A stretch of DNA of 64,000 bases from the human T2T-CHM13v2.0 reference genome, Homo sapiens. Below are positions 14,040 to 31,978 of this stretch, in pieces (position 1 is the stretch's first letter; every line of letters starts with the position of its first letter). The stretch is from NCBI RefSeq assembly GCF_009914755.1, contig NC_060931.1, one strand, 5' to 3'. The notes below the pieces were generated by a model that made no database searches, was not told where the DNA came from, and worked only from the letters and a program-made list of their open reading frames with translations. Made by a program: the position numbers and the translations under genes.

Positions 14040-14260
14040 GGTAATGGAAAAGGCTTGGAATTTGAAGACCTGGATTCAGTTCCAACTCTACCATTAACTG
14101 GCCGTGCGACCTGGGACAAGTCACTTCACCTCTCCAAATATCTGGTTTTTTTTCATCTATAAAATAGACAATAAAAGCTGCTCTACCTACCTCACAGTGT
14201 GGTTGTGAAGACCAAATGGTATAATGGATGTAAAAATCCATTGGTGAGCAATAAAGTGTT
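14040..14260 (+). mobile_element. MIR
   Basis: gacctggattcagttcc...gacctgggacaagtcacttcacctctc...catctataaaat core. Confidence 0.75.
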
Positions 14261-14841
14261 TCACAAGGCAAAACACTATTATTATTCTAGATCTCTGCAG
14301 ACAGCAATTTCTGCAGCAGGTCAGCACTGTCAGTGAAGCTCAGCCCAGAGCCATCATGGAGAAGACTGATGCCCCGTGGGTTGTGTGTTTGTGTGCGCAC
14401 GCAGCCTGGTTTATGTTTTTTCATTACATCTCTGCACCTAATCCCTTAATGGCCTGGGCCTCAGAGTACAAAAACACCTGGAAAAATCTCTGTGTTTTTA
14501 TGAGACGGGTTCTGTCCCCTTCTAAAGCAGGTATAAATAGATGCCATGTACACTCTCTTAATTACTTTTTCTCGAGTATGGATGAATTTCAACATCTAAA
14601 TCTGCCAAATTATTGAAGCTAGCACAGAGAACTTTCTGGGCATTGGCCAGGGAAGCCAGCAATGTGGATGGAAAGATTTATCACCCCCTCTCATAACCAA
14701 ACCTCCATCGTATCTCCCTGCAAGCCTTGAAACTGCTCACTGGACCCACTCAGACAACAGAGCTATGGGATCTAGAAGGTGAAATGTCAGAGCTCAGAGA
14801 ACCTCAGCTCCCTCCCAACCTTGCCATAAGAACTCAGGGCT

Positions 14842-15262
<421 letters not shown>

Positions 15263-15816
15263 TTATTCTTCATATGGCTGTATTGCCCCAAGCTGTCCTC
15301 GTGCTTAAGGGATTTCCAGCTCCGGCTTCTAGAGGGCAAGGGCCAGCATCACTTGGCCTACTTCTTAGTATAAGACCAAGTCTAGTGACAGCTGGGTAGG
15401 CATAACTACTACAGATGCTGCTGTTCCTACTGCTCTGAAGAAGAAAACTGAAGCCACCTCTGCTTCTATTTCCTTTAACAACATAGAAAAATGATAATTT
15501 TTCTATTAGGTCCGTGAATCTCCAGGAAAAATCTTTGTGAAAGCAATGACATTTTTATTTTCTTTTTCTCATTTATACTCCAGATGACATCTGCACACAC
15601 ACCCAGTGTGTGGCGTATGTGTAGGTGTGTGACTGTGTGTGTGTGTCTAGCTTTCAGAGAAAATGATACACAAAATGATAAATATAGAAAAGAGATTAAT
15701 AGGAGAGGGCAGTACTGTTATTTCCTACATAAAAGGATTTATCGATAGATTGCCCATAGAGTTAGTTCCCTAAACCATCAGGTTAATCTATTGTATTTAA
15801 ATGTATTTAAATATTG

Positions 15817-16261
<445 letters not shown>

Positions 16262-16978
16262 TCACTAGGTAAAGATTCTGTTTATTTTATTTCCATGTTT
16301 CCCAATATTTAATTTTCAACCCTCTAAGAGCAGTTATTTTATAAAATAAGTCCCAGCTGAAATGAATTTGATAGGATTTTAGAATTTCTTTCTCCCTTAA
16401 CACATCCTATTAGCCTAGTTCAATAGAGAGAGCAGAGCGCCTCATGTTGAAATAAGCTTTCCCGCCACTGAATGTGTTCAAACAGAAATATCACCTGCTT
16501 AGGAGGTACTTTCCAGTTGCCAAAGACTTCCACCTTCATCTTCTTGTTCACTCTACTCTGCAAGATGGGTGGGACAGCATTACAGACGAGGGGTCCTGTA
16601 GATACTGTCCTGACGACTGGCCCAAGGCCATGGCTAAGGGTTACAGACCCGGAACAGAACCCTGCCCTTTGCCTCCCTTGTGGGACCCAAAGCCAGGCCA
16701 AGGTCAAGGGGAGGCGCTGCAGGGGGGGCTTCCTCATTGGGTGTGGACAGCAAAGGTTGATTTTGAGATTTCCCCCCAGCTCTAATTCTCAGTAATTTGG
16801 CCTTTGAAACAGGAGGCAGAGAGAACCCTGGGGGATGGCTTTTCATGTTATCTTTTGGAAACATAGAAGCTTCAGGTGCTTCCTGGCTTGAAATAAGAGA
16901 ATATTCTGCTCAGTCCCCCACATTTTTGAGACACTCCAGGCCCAGCAGACCCACAGCACCCTCACTAGCTGTTGGTAA

Positions 16979-17290
<312 letters not shown>

Positions 17291-18281
17291 GATAAGAATT
17301 CTTTTCTAAACATGACCACAATACCATTATCAACTAAAACCAAAATGAATGTTCATTCCTTGAGAGCATCAAATATCCTGTTGGATTCACAGTTCCCTGA
17401 TTGATTCATATTTGTTTTAGGTTGGTTGCAGCAGCCTCTGAACAAGGCCATCCACTTTTCACTGGCTTATTCTCACTCATCCTAAAAATCTCAGCCTGGA
17501 CATTGTCGCTTCCTCCTCACAGAGTCCCTGATCCCAAATGTGGGAGATGTGTGTCTCTCATCTGTTCTCCCATCTCACCCTTATCCACTTGTTTGCATCC
17601 TGATAGACTGGAAGCTCCGAGAGGCTAGGACATGTCCGTGCATTTTAAAGTTACGTCTCCCGGGCCTAGCACAGTGCCTGGTGAATCATGCTCGCCAATT
17701 CCATATGTATTCCTTGAATATGTAAATGAAGGATCTCCTAAACAGAACTGGTTTTGCATTCCTCGTAAGCACATTCGATAACACTTTACACATCCATGTC
17801 ATGATTTGTTTAGGAATCGGTTTCCTCAATGGACAGAGCCTCCTTGGACCCCCAGCACCTGGTCCCGCACCTGACCCATCCAAGGTGCCCGCTGAGGAAC
17901 TGCTGAATGAAAGAGGACTTATAATAAATTCTATGTTGAGACTTTGGGTTCACAGGCCTTCCTCTCTGGGCCTCATTTTTCTCCTCTCTGTCAAGGAAGG
18001 ATGGCTGGGAGGATTTCCAAGGTCCTTTCCCGGGACGGGGAGTCCTCATTTAGCATGCGCTTGTTGCCCTCTGCTGGCAGAATTTGCTCAGGACCGTTCT
18101 GTCCCTGCTATTCCTGAAAGCTGCAGACAAAGCCAGCAACTGCTGGGTGGACCAGCCAGTGAGTGGGATAGGGACTTGAGTTTTGTTGTCTCGCTGGTTC
18201 GACTAAGACATGGAGGTGTGTGCGTCCTTCTGCCTCATCTGTTCATTCCTCAGGTGTGGAGAAGCGCTAGGGTAGGTCTCA

Positions 18282-18795
<514 letters not shown>

Positions 18796-18808
18796 TTACA
18801 TACGTATC

Positions 18809-19128
<320 letters not shown>

Positions 19129-20744
19129 CTAGAAGCACAGTTAAAAAGAGAAAAGCCTATCTAGGGAAAGAGTAAAGACTTTGATTTTCTAATACAAAAT
19201 TCGCTTAGCCTATCTTTAAAAATTTTCTTTCTTTGACAAACCGTGACAACTTACAAGCCATACAGTTTTCTTCGGGGAACCAACACCATTTACCCATTAG
19301 GGATGCTGCTTCCAGATCCAGTTTTTCTTTTTGAGATATAGTTCCCTATTTTTGTGTACCGCACCTCTGTTTCTTGTTTGATACATGCATATTCCTGCAT
19401 TTGTTAAGATTCGTTTGGTTGCAGACAATGGAATTCAGAATGTTGCTAACTTCAGCTGCAAGTGAGAACTTGTTGGAAGGGACCAAGATGCCACCCACAG
19501 GGTTACCTGCCAGGAGCAGATGGCAACAGGAACTGGAACTCCATGGGGCACCGAGAAATGGTCTCTCTGTCCTTTGCTTCTGCTTTGTTGTATACATCTG
19601 ATTCATTTCTTCTTTCTTGAGGCCAACTGCTGTTTTCTGCTCATTAATCCACAAGGCCGAATGTGGCCAACAATGGGTCTCCACTTCCCTGTGTTCAATC
19701 GCCACCTGCTGGAGAAAAACTTTTTTCTTTGTCCCAGATCGAAATTTCCAGACTGGCCCCTTTGGGCCAGTCAATCTTGGCCTGCAGGGCTGGCTACAGG
19801 ATCTGTGAGGCCCAGTGAGAAATAAAAGCGTGGTAGCCTTTATTCCCAAAGCAGGGGGACGTGTCCATCGTGGTACTCAGCGAGCTTCTTTGTTTCTTCT
19901 GCAGTCTCTTTTTCGACTTGTCATGGTGCTTTTTATTTTCCATTTACTGTTGTTCTAAGTAAAGAAAACTCAATGTTAAATTATTAGCAAGCATTTTACC
20001 ATTCATCTTTATATCAAACAATGCCAGTTTTAAATGTAAATTTCAGAGCGTTTAACTTATATGCAGAACCACTGAAATTACACAATTGGTGTTTGTGACT
20101 TGTTGGCCAGAAGAGACAAACACAAACCAAACTCATAAAGATTGGAAGCAGGAAGACAAGTTGCCTCCAGGTTTGCCCAACGGGGATGTTCTTTCAGGCC
20201 TGGACATACTGGATGAGCGGGGGGAGTCCAGACCCTTCCAGGCATCCAAGGGCCCTGTCAGCCACCAGACACATGCACTGAGACCCAGCCAGGGAGGCAG
20301 GATCTAGGGAAATTGGTCCAGCTGTCTCCCCTTTCCACAGCCTTCCCCAGCCAGCCACAGCAGACTAACCTCCAAGGATCTCTAAACCTCTGTGCTATGA
20401 CACCCTCAGTACCTGGGCTAGGGGTGGGCAGAGGTTTGCCCCCATCGAGAAACAGCCTCCGGCCGGCCCCGCCACATACACTGTGTGCTGCCAGCCTAGG
20501 GCAGGGACGGCCACCACCATGCCAACCCGAGATGCTGCAGGGTGCATGCACCCTATCCTGGCCCTCTCTGTGCCTGTACCCAGGACCCTGTGAAGTGTGG
20601 ACAGCAACAGTGGCCATAGGTCAGGGCAGAAAGGGGGAAGCCAGGTGGAGAGCACAGGCAGCTGAGAGCTGGTCGTGGGAGGCAGCCACAGGTGGAGCCA
20701 TGCATAAGCCAGGCTTCCAAAGCACAGATTCAAAGATAAAGTTA

Positions 20745-21113
<369 letters not shown>

Positions 21114-22653
21114 TCATTGGTCACTTGCTCAGCCAGCTGCCCCAGTGGCCTGTGATGGGAGTGGGAAGTGTGGGGTTGGGTGATAACCTTCTAAAGTTAG
21201 AACCGTTCCCAGAAATGCAGACGGGAGAGCTTTGGGAAAACCATCCAAACCTTGTTATTTTTTATGACAAAGTAGGAATGCCACCCTGGCCCTCTAAATT
21301 CATAAACAGTCACAGACATGGGATTAAACTACATATAATTTCTGCAACGTGGCTTATAGGCATCATTAAACAGCTGCAATATGTTGAATGGCTATGTCAT
21401 CATAGATTAGCTACGATACTGGCTATGGACTTCAAGACTCCATGTGTCCTGGCCCCTGCCCTTCCACCCCTCTGACCCGAGATGCAGTTCTAACAGGTTC
21501 CCGGGTGATGCTGCTGCTGCTGACCCTTGCCCATCCCGGAGCTCACTTTGAGAGCTGGCTGAGATCCCAGGCAGGGTGGCCAGTGGCTGCTCCAGGGCTG
21601 TGAAGGGCTCCCCCTGCAGACGGAGGAACTAGGCCTCCCAGTGCCTGTAACTGGAACGTTGGCGGCTTGAGAATGGACTTGCCCTGAAGGCCGGCCTCCT
21701 GCTGCTCTGGGAAAAAGAGGGAACAGAAGAAAGCAATCCGCCACCTTGGGGACTCCTCCTGGATTAGCATTATCTAGGTGAAGAAAGTGAGACCATCACC
21801 TACCAACCAGATAACTCATTCCACCTCTGTGGGCAAACTGGCAGAGCAGCAAATAAGCTTCCTTAATCCCAGTGCGCCCACACCCTGCTCAAGAGCTCAT
21901 GGGCACGTGTTCATCTTCAGGCCAAAGATGGGGAGCCAGGGAGTGACAGACTGTCACTCCAGGAGAGTCACCCGGGGGTGTTAGGATCCCCACATTTGCA
22001 CCCCCTGAAATCTAATCAGCATTTTCCAGCTGTTCCTAATCTGACCTGTGCAAATGGAATCTCATTGGAACTTGCATTTTTCATTATAGTAACTCATATG
22101 GCCTCTGTGTTTCGCCTGTTCATAGCCTTTGACCATTTTTCTAGCTAGTTGTCTTTTCCTACTGACTGATAGTAGCTCTTTGGTTTTTGTTACTGTTAGT
22201 CCTTTATAGATGTGGCAAACTTTTTTATTTGCTATTTCACTATTTGCCTTTTGACTTCATAATGTGCCATGACTACCCATGTGACAGGCTCTTTGAGCCT
22301 CAGTTTTCTCATCTAAGAGATGGGGAAACAGTCACCACACTGGCTTAGTGGAGCATCAAATGCGGTAACGTCTATGCTGCACTTGGTCGGCCACATCGTC
22401 AGCTCCCAATAAATGCTGGCGGCTGTGGTTGCCGCTGCAGTTTTATAACCAAACTTCTCTGTATTACGAAGACCCCTGAGCCCCAGGCTAGCACCGTGAA
22501 ATATAAGCACAATAGAACCACTGAGCGCCAATCAGATGCAATTTGGGTCATACCGACTTTCCATTTTGTGGGGTTTCTGTTTAAATGTTTGCCAAAGTTG
22601 GAAACGAGATTGAAATTTAAGGAAAAGACAAAATGCTGTGAGATTTGGGCTAA

Positions 22654-23225
<572 letters not shown>

Positions 23226-24031
23226 GACTGTCTGAGTCCTGGGAGCTCCTTCCTGCCATCCAACACCCCCAGCTGTCCCATCCTGGAGCTCCAACACGAC
23301 TCACCCTCCAAAACGTCTCACTGCCCCTCAAGACGTCTGTGTTGGGCTTGCCTCACCTGGTCCTCCCTGCCCTTCCTCCTCAGCACTTTGAGCTGTAACT
23401 ATACACTTCATGTTATATTCTTGGACACATATCTGCCACTCCATGACATTTCACTAATGTACACACCAACCAGCCGGTCACACCAACCTGTGGGTATCTT
23501 GAGAGCAAAACCAACTATTGTGCTTCGTTCAAACTCTCCCAAACAAGGCACTCCATAGAGAAGGGCATCTTAATTCATGTCCCCAGACCCCTACAGAGAG
23601 TGAAGTAACAGCCAGATTTCAGGCTCTAGAAACAGAAGCAGCACAAAGCATTAACCGTATGTGATAAATTCCACTCAACACTTTTATGAATTAACAGATC
23701 ACATAAACCATATGGAAATACCTTTCACCATTTTTAAAGACAATATGTGGATGATTTGAGGGTATCTCAAAACGATATTTCAACACAAAAGCATTACAAA
23801 GAATGCAATTGTAGACATTGTCCAAATGTTCAAGTCCAGAAGCAAATACAGAAAATTCCGGTGGCGTGATTCGAACTGCATTGTCCTCAAGCACACAAGG
23901 TTTTGGGTCTCAGTGTGGAAGCAGGCCAGTCACTCAGGGGCTCTGTGCCCCCTCTCCCCATGCCAGCATTAAGACCTGATGTGCAGCCCTTCCCTGATCT
24001 CCTTTGGAGCCTCTTGCAAACTGTCATCCAA

Positions 24032-24347
24032 TTCTTTCTTTTATTCTTTTTTTTTTTTTTTTTTGAGATGGAGTCTTGCTCTGTTGCCCAGGCTGGAGGG
24101 CAATGGTGTGATCTTGGCTCACTGAAACTTCTGCCTCTTGGGTTCAAGAGATCCTCCTGTCTCAGCCTCCCAAGTAACTGGGATTACAGGTGCCCGCCAC
24201 TATGCCCGGCTAATTTTTTGTATTTTTAGTAGAGACGGGGTTTCACCACGTTGGCCAGGCTGGTCTCAAACTCCTGACCTCAGGTGATCTGCCTGCCTTG
24301 GCCTCCCAAAGTGCTGGGATTACAGGCGTGAGCCACCAATCCCAGCC
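24032..24347 (-). mobile_element. AluS
   Basis: Poly(T) plus full reverse dimer. Confidence 0.95.
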
Positions 24348-25152
24348 TTATTTTTTTCATAATTGATATCCAGCTTTCTTCCAAGGGGATTGTGGGAAGC
24401 TGGTGTACATGTTAAAATGAAGTTCAAGATAAAGCATTCAGGGATCAAATAGAACAAAGGCCATTTAAAGGAAAGAAGGCCTTACAGGGCCCCAGAGCTG
24501 GCTGGTAGCTGGGGTCCAGCTGTGGCTTGGTGACCAGGGCTCCTGGCCAAGAGGGAGAGCAGCCAAGCCAAACAGGTGTGTTCTCCAGCAAGAGGACAGC
24601 ACAGAAACTGATCAATGGACACAGTACTTCCTGGACCTAAACTCAGCCACGAATCCATCAGACAAGACCTTATTAGCTGTCATGTTGAATAACAAAGGGG
24701 TTAGGCTCTTCAACATGAAAATGCGGTGGCCGATTCTCCACTGACCCGTTATAAACAGCAGAGCAGAAAAGGAAGTTGGTGCAGGTGGACCAGGAAGCTG
24801 GTGATCTCACCTGAGGACCAGACAGAAACTAGAGAACCTGGGTGAAGTAGTTAGAATTCATCTAACAGGTCTAGAGGGCACGTCAGAAGACCATCTTGGC
24901 CCTGGCCTTGGCATACTGCGTGATCGTGAGCCTCATGCTGCTCCGTGCCTCTCCTTCCTACGGGTTAAATGGGGACACACACCTGCTTGGCTGGCCCTGC
25001 AGAAGCAGGCAAGAGGCAGTGGGTGGCACAGGTGGAACTGTAGTGCCCGCTCAGCTGCCTGCAGCATGATGTGTGCAGGGAGGAGCGCCGGCACTGGTCG
25101 GACAGTGGAATGGACAGCTTCCATCCAGCCTCGCTCTCCTGAGCCGCCCCTT

Positions 25153-25725
25153 CCCCACACATGCCCCACACCCGCCCCACACCTTCCCCACACCCACCCC
25201 ACACCTGCCCCACACCCGCCCCACACCTGCCCCACACCCACCCCACACCTGCCCCACACCCGCTCCACACCTGCCCCACACCCACCCCACACCTGCCCCA
25301 CACCCGCTCCACACCTGCCCCACTCCCACCCCACACCTGCTCCACACCTCCATACCTGCCCCACACCTGCCCCACACCCGCTCCACACCTGCCCCACACC
25401 TCCATGCTGGCCCCATACCTGCTCCACACCTGTCCCATGCCCGCCCCACAGCCGCCCCACACCTGCTCCACACCTCCATGCCCGCCCCACACCTGCCCCA
25501 CACCTTCACACCTGCCCCACACCTGCCCCACACCTGCCCCGCACCTGCCCCACACCTGCCCCGCACCTGCCCCACACCTGCCCCACACCCGCTCCACACC
25601 CGCTTCACACCCGCTCCACACCCGCCCCACACCTCCACACCCACACCACACCCGCCCCACACCTGCTCCACACCCACACCACACCCACCCCACACCTGCC
25701 TCACAGCTGCTCCACACCTGCTCCA
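25153..25725. repeat. 11-bp minisatellite/VNTR (CCCCACACCTG)n, about 50 degenerate units
   Basis: Read directly; variants include CTCCACACCTG, CCCCACACCCG and CCCCACACCCA. Confidence 0.95.
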
Positions 25726-26594
25726 TGGGCATTTTTCACCCTATCAGCTCTGCTGGCTTTTCTTATTGATCACCAGATATGAGAGAGACAAGGTGTCACA
25801 ATTCTCACCCAGACCAGAGGACAATCTGCTTCTGCTCAAAGGATTTGGGGGTGAATGTAGGGAGAGTGAGCATTTTTATTTTATTATTTTATTTCATCTC
25901 AAAAAGCGTGTTGACTTTTCCCAAGTGCTGACACAACTTGGACTTACTCATAAAAGAAAATCAGAATCGCCCTTGTGGGAAACACAGCAGCCCTGTCTGA
26001 GCGCCACTGAGGTGACTCCCGGATGCTGTGCGGTGCAGTTCTGAAGCTTCTGTTGATCTCTTATGAGGTTCAGTTTACGGGGAAGGGAAGGCCCTATTTT
26101 CCAGCTTCCAGGGGGTCTGCCTCCAGGTCCAGGCTGTTTCCAGAAAAGATGAACAAGCAGGGTGCCAGGGAACAGCTTCATCTGACCCCTTTGGAACTGC
26201 GGGTACAGACATCACAAACCCCAGCTGCCTGCCCTGGTTTCAGTGCTGGTGTTTGCTATCAGCTCCAAGCACATATAATTGCATTAGCAGCTTAGCATCT
26301 CAATGGGTTCTCCACGCCCTGGCCTTTTTCTGTTCCTGTCTGTTACATGAAAGGCTCATAACAGAGAGGGAGCAGCAAGAAGCCACAGGCTGCTTTTAAT
26401 CTCTTACGGGCAGGAACAGGGCATAACAGTAATTACTGTAATCATTGCATTTCCTTTAGGATATTTAGGGAAGTCCAATCCTACAGCTTGAAGTAAAATC
26501 CAGCATAGAATTATTTTGAATTTTTAATTATTTATATTGCCAAAATAGCATGCTTATACAAACAAAACAAAACCAAAAAAAAAAAAACAGTCCC

Positions 26595-27000
<406 letters not shown>

Positions 27001-27234
27001 TTAAGTATTCTTCTAGAAATGTTATGTTCATATACAAGCATATATAGTCTACCCTTTAAAAGTAAAGCATAAATGAGATTGTGCCATTGCCCTTGGGTAA
27101 AATGAACAATCTGATCAAATATTTTCCTCTCTGGGAGAAGAAGCTATCGGTAGAGACATAGACAACAGGGAACAGATTTTCAAACCCAAATTTCCTTCCC
27201 TCACCAGGACTCACTCAGAGGAGCCAAATTAACA

Positions 27235-27445
27235 AAGAAAGTAGAAGGCTGTCTGCCAGGGACCAGGGAGAGGGGAGGGGAGGGAGTTAGTGTTTAAGGG
27301 ATCCAGAATTTCAGTGGGGGAAGAGGAAAAAGTTCTGGAGATGGATGGCAGTGCTGGTTGCACAATGAATGTACTAAAACCACAGAACTGCACACTGAAA
27401 AATGGTTCAAATGGTCCATTTTATGTTCTATATATATATATATCC
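27235..27445 (+). mobile_element. L1M 3' end fragment
   Basis: gaaaaagttctggagatggatgg...ggttgcacaatgaatgtact...gaactgcacact. Confidence 0.75.
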
Positions 27446-28054
27446 ACAATGAAATAATAAACAGGTGAGCAGATAAATAACTAAATAAACCCAGCCTCAC
27501 CAGGACCAATTCTGATGTTCCAATATTCCAGAATTATCATGGCATTTGATGGACGGTTTGAGCCTGTCCTCATTAGATGTTCTCATGTCCTGTGTTAAGG
27601 ACTTAAGACTCAGAAGATTTTTCATGGATTCCAGGCACGTGGGAGTGGTACAGACAGGAGCAGGAGTGGGAGCCCGTGTACGGGATTCATTAGGGAAACA
27701 GAACTTTGCTACGTTGGGAGGGTATCTCGAGGACAAGCCTTGACAGAGGGTGTGACCAGCGTCTCCTCCCAACCCCCGTGTTACCTGGGATAGGAAATGG
27801 CCTGAAGTCTGGAAGGTAGGAGGCAGGAAGTGGGGCTTGGTTTTCTTGCTGTGAGCCAGATCTGTTGGAGTGGGATAATGCTGAAGTCAGAGAGAGACTT
27901 CTCAATCGAACCCTATAGTCACAAAAGTAGTTGGGAAGGGGGTGGGCTGAGAGGTGCAGGGAGGTGATAAAGAGAAGCTGGGGCTGTAATTCTGCCCTCG
28001 TCCTAAAAGGCTCTATCTCATCCTTTAAAATCCCAAATCACCTGTAACCAGAAC

Positions 28055-28366
<312 letters not shown>

Positions 28367-28617
28367 TGAGAGCGTGTGCTCAACACTCGAAGTCCAAAAG
28401 TCTACCCAAGTTCAGGAAGAGAGCGGTTCTTCACCTCTCCACCTCGAATTTTGTTTCTAGAATGTTGCATGTAGGTCTGAAGAGTGACAGCACGTTTGTT
28501 TAACAGGAACTCAAAGCCAGCAGATCAGGAAAGGACACTTATAAGGTTTGGAGTTTGGGTTACAGAGGTTTAAGGTAGGTCTTTTGTGGCAAGGAATATT
28601 TGAAATTGGGCAAGATG

Positions 28618-28693
28618 AGTGAGCTGAGATCGCGCCACTGCACTCCAGCCTGGGCAACAGAGCGAGACTCCATCTCAAAAAAAAAAAAAAAAA
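28618..28693 (+). mobile_element. Severely 5'-truncated Alu with TSD
   Basis: Last ~58 nt of the right arm plus A18, flanked by gaaattggg(g)caagatg. Confidence 0.92.
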
Positions 28694-30219
28694 GAAATTG
28701 GGGCAAGATGTATGACATAACAATTTAGGAATGAGTGAATACAGGTAGGTGAGTTGAAGGGAGTTCTGACAGGTAAGACTGTTGTCTGGCAAGTGAACTG
28801 TTTGCTCACGCAAGCAAACCATTGTCCTGATAGGAAAGTGGTTTGCTCAGACAAATTAGTTTGCATTAATTTCCTGAAGCCAACAGTGAAGCTGTTTCTT
28901 GGTTCAGAGGTTTATCTTCCTCGGCAAGAATTTTCTGGAGCAGAGAGGAAGTCACTGACACAGGTGGTCTCGATGCTCACTCCAAGAGTTGAGTTGTGTG
29001 GCTCCAGGTAGACTCATTTCCCAGGGTCACCTGCTGGGCCATAATCAACAAGGTACAAGCTTAAGAGAGCCATGCCGGGATTTCAAGTTGCAAGGAAGAG
29101 AGATTCAATGGTGCTTTCTTGAGTCACGGGTGTTGGTTGTAAGAAACTGGTGGGGTAAGGAAGCTAGAACTCTCCCAGGAACCAGGAACGGCTCTCACTG
29201 GCAGGCCTCACGGAGGAGACCCAAGCTGGGGGACTGGAAGGTGGTTCAGATTGTTCACAAGCTGCAGTGGCTCCAGCAGTCAGATTGGGGTGTGATCTCA
29301 CAGCACCAGGAGCCCTGAACACCAGCCTGAGGCTCAGCCCTGAAGGCAGCTTGACCAGGCAAACCTGGAGACTGCATCAACACCAGCAGCCTCCAACACA
29401 CCTGACCTGCTCATGGCCTTAATCCCAAACCCAGGTCCTAAACTACCTCTCACTGTGCATCGCAAGTCACTGCCCATCTTCCTGGCTTCTGATCTGCTGC
29501 CGTCCCCGATTCATGGCCTCACTTCACCCACTGATTGCCCTTGACTTTGAGCTACAGGTTTCACCAGCTAACTGCGACTCTAGCCTCAGCTCTGGGGCCA
29601 TACAGCCTCAAGCACCTGGGTCTTGCTCCAGCTCCAGCTCCCTGTTCTAGGCAGCCCATCCTTGGGAAGAAGCAGACAAAACTGCATGTCAGAGACATGG
29701 CTCTGGTTGTCATGAGAAGACTGGATTGCAAAGAGGTCAATGAGAGACGAGAATCTAAACTAAGGAGATGGCAGTAAAACTGGAGAGATGGCACCATACG
29801 AAAGACCAGTGATGAATCTGCAGACGGGGAGAGACGAGTACAGGATGGCTTCTGGTTTCCGGCTTTCTCAAGCCTGTGTGGGAAACAGAAGGAGGAGAAG
29901 ATTCTGATGACCTGCTGCTGCTCAGGCCGACTTCGAGGATTCTGTGGACCGCCCAGGGAAGAGGCCGGGTCTGTGGGTAGAAATTGGAACCTGGGGTTCA
30001 GGCTGGGGCTGAGGTAGGAGGCTTAGGAGATAATGGAAGTTGAATCTGGGAGGGCAGACGAAATCCCTGGGAAGTGCCAGGATTTAAGAGGCTGGTGGAT
30101 GCAGAAGAGCCTGCCAATGAGGGAGAAATCAAGGAAAGAAATGTGTGTGTGCATGTGTGTGTGTGTCTGAGAGAGAGAGACAGACACACACACAGAGAAT
30201 GGTAAAGATGATGGACACA

Positions 30220-30560
<341 letters not shown>

Positions 30561-31219
30561 TGCAGCAAAAAACAGCAGGTGAATCTGGGTAAACGATACA
30601 TGGGTATCTAATGTACTATTCTTCAACTTTTCTGTAAGTTCAGAATTATTTCCTAATGAAAATTAAAACAGAAAAACAAACAAACCAAAGAAATGTGCAA
30701 GAGGAAGACAATCAATGACATAGACAGACCAAGTCAGATGAAGACTGAGGAGTATTCATCAGATGTACCCATAAATATTCTTTGGGGATCTTGGCATGGG
30801 GACCATCCACAGGAGGGAGGGGACAGATGCCAGGCAGCAGGGCTAGTCAGTGAAATGGGAGGAGAGGGAGCGAGAGGGTGAGCAAGGGCAATTTTAAGAG
30901 GCTTGGCTGTGAATGGGAAGATAGGATAGGCTGTGGCCCAGGAATGACCCTCCAGGCCCCCACTATGAAAGCAATCCTTCCAAAGCAGTTTGCACCCCGA
31001 CATGGGGCACAAGAGGGGCCCTTTGTGCTTGACAAATGGATGCATGAAGGGATGGATGAGTACATTTTCATCAAGGACCAAGTGAGCCTAGCCTCGGGGC
31101 TGCAGGCTCCTGGGCAGTGAGTGGTAATGGGGTAGGGGCTTGGTCACCCTGGGAAGGGGGCTGAGCAGGGGGTCCTCTGTCCCCAGCCTCATTCCACACA
31201 CCATGCTGCCTGCCCCTGA

Positions 31220-31453
<234 letters not shown>

Positions 31454-31638
31454 TGAGTACTGCCCCTTTTAAAAAGCTCTGAAGGGATGTGAGTGTGTGG
31501 GATAGAAATTTACCAGTGGAGGCAGCAGCCGGGAGGCACAGACTTAGCAAAATTGTCCCCAAATAGTCAAAAGTTATGGCAATTCAGATAGATGTTTGCA
31601 AGACATAATTTCCAAAGGAAATAATTATACCATTTTTT

Positions 31639-31978
<340 letters not shown>

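Noticed and set aside
25153-25725. CRISPR-like repeat array
   Set aside because: Head-to-tail 11-mers with no unique spacers, no cas genes, and a mammalian context.
24933-26044. Six overlapping long ORFs (185-323 aa; PHTC- or GVW-rich)
   Set aside because: The 11-mer repeat lacks stop codons in any frame. No splice or homology support; the region is intronic.
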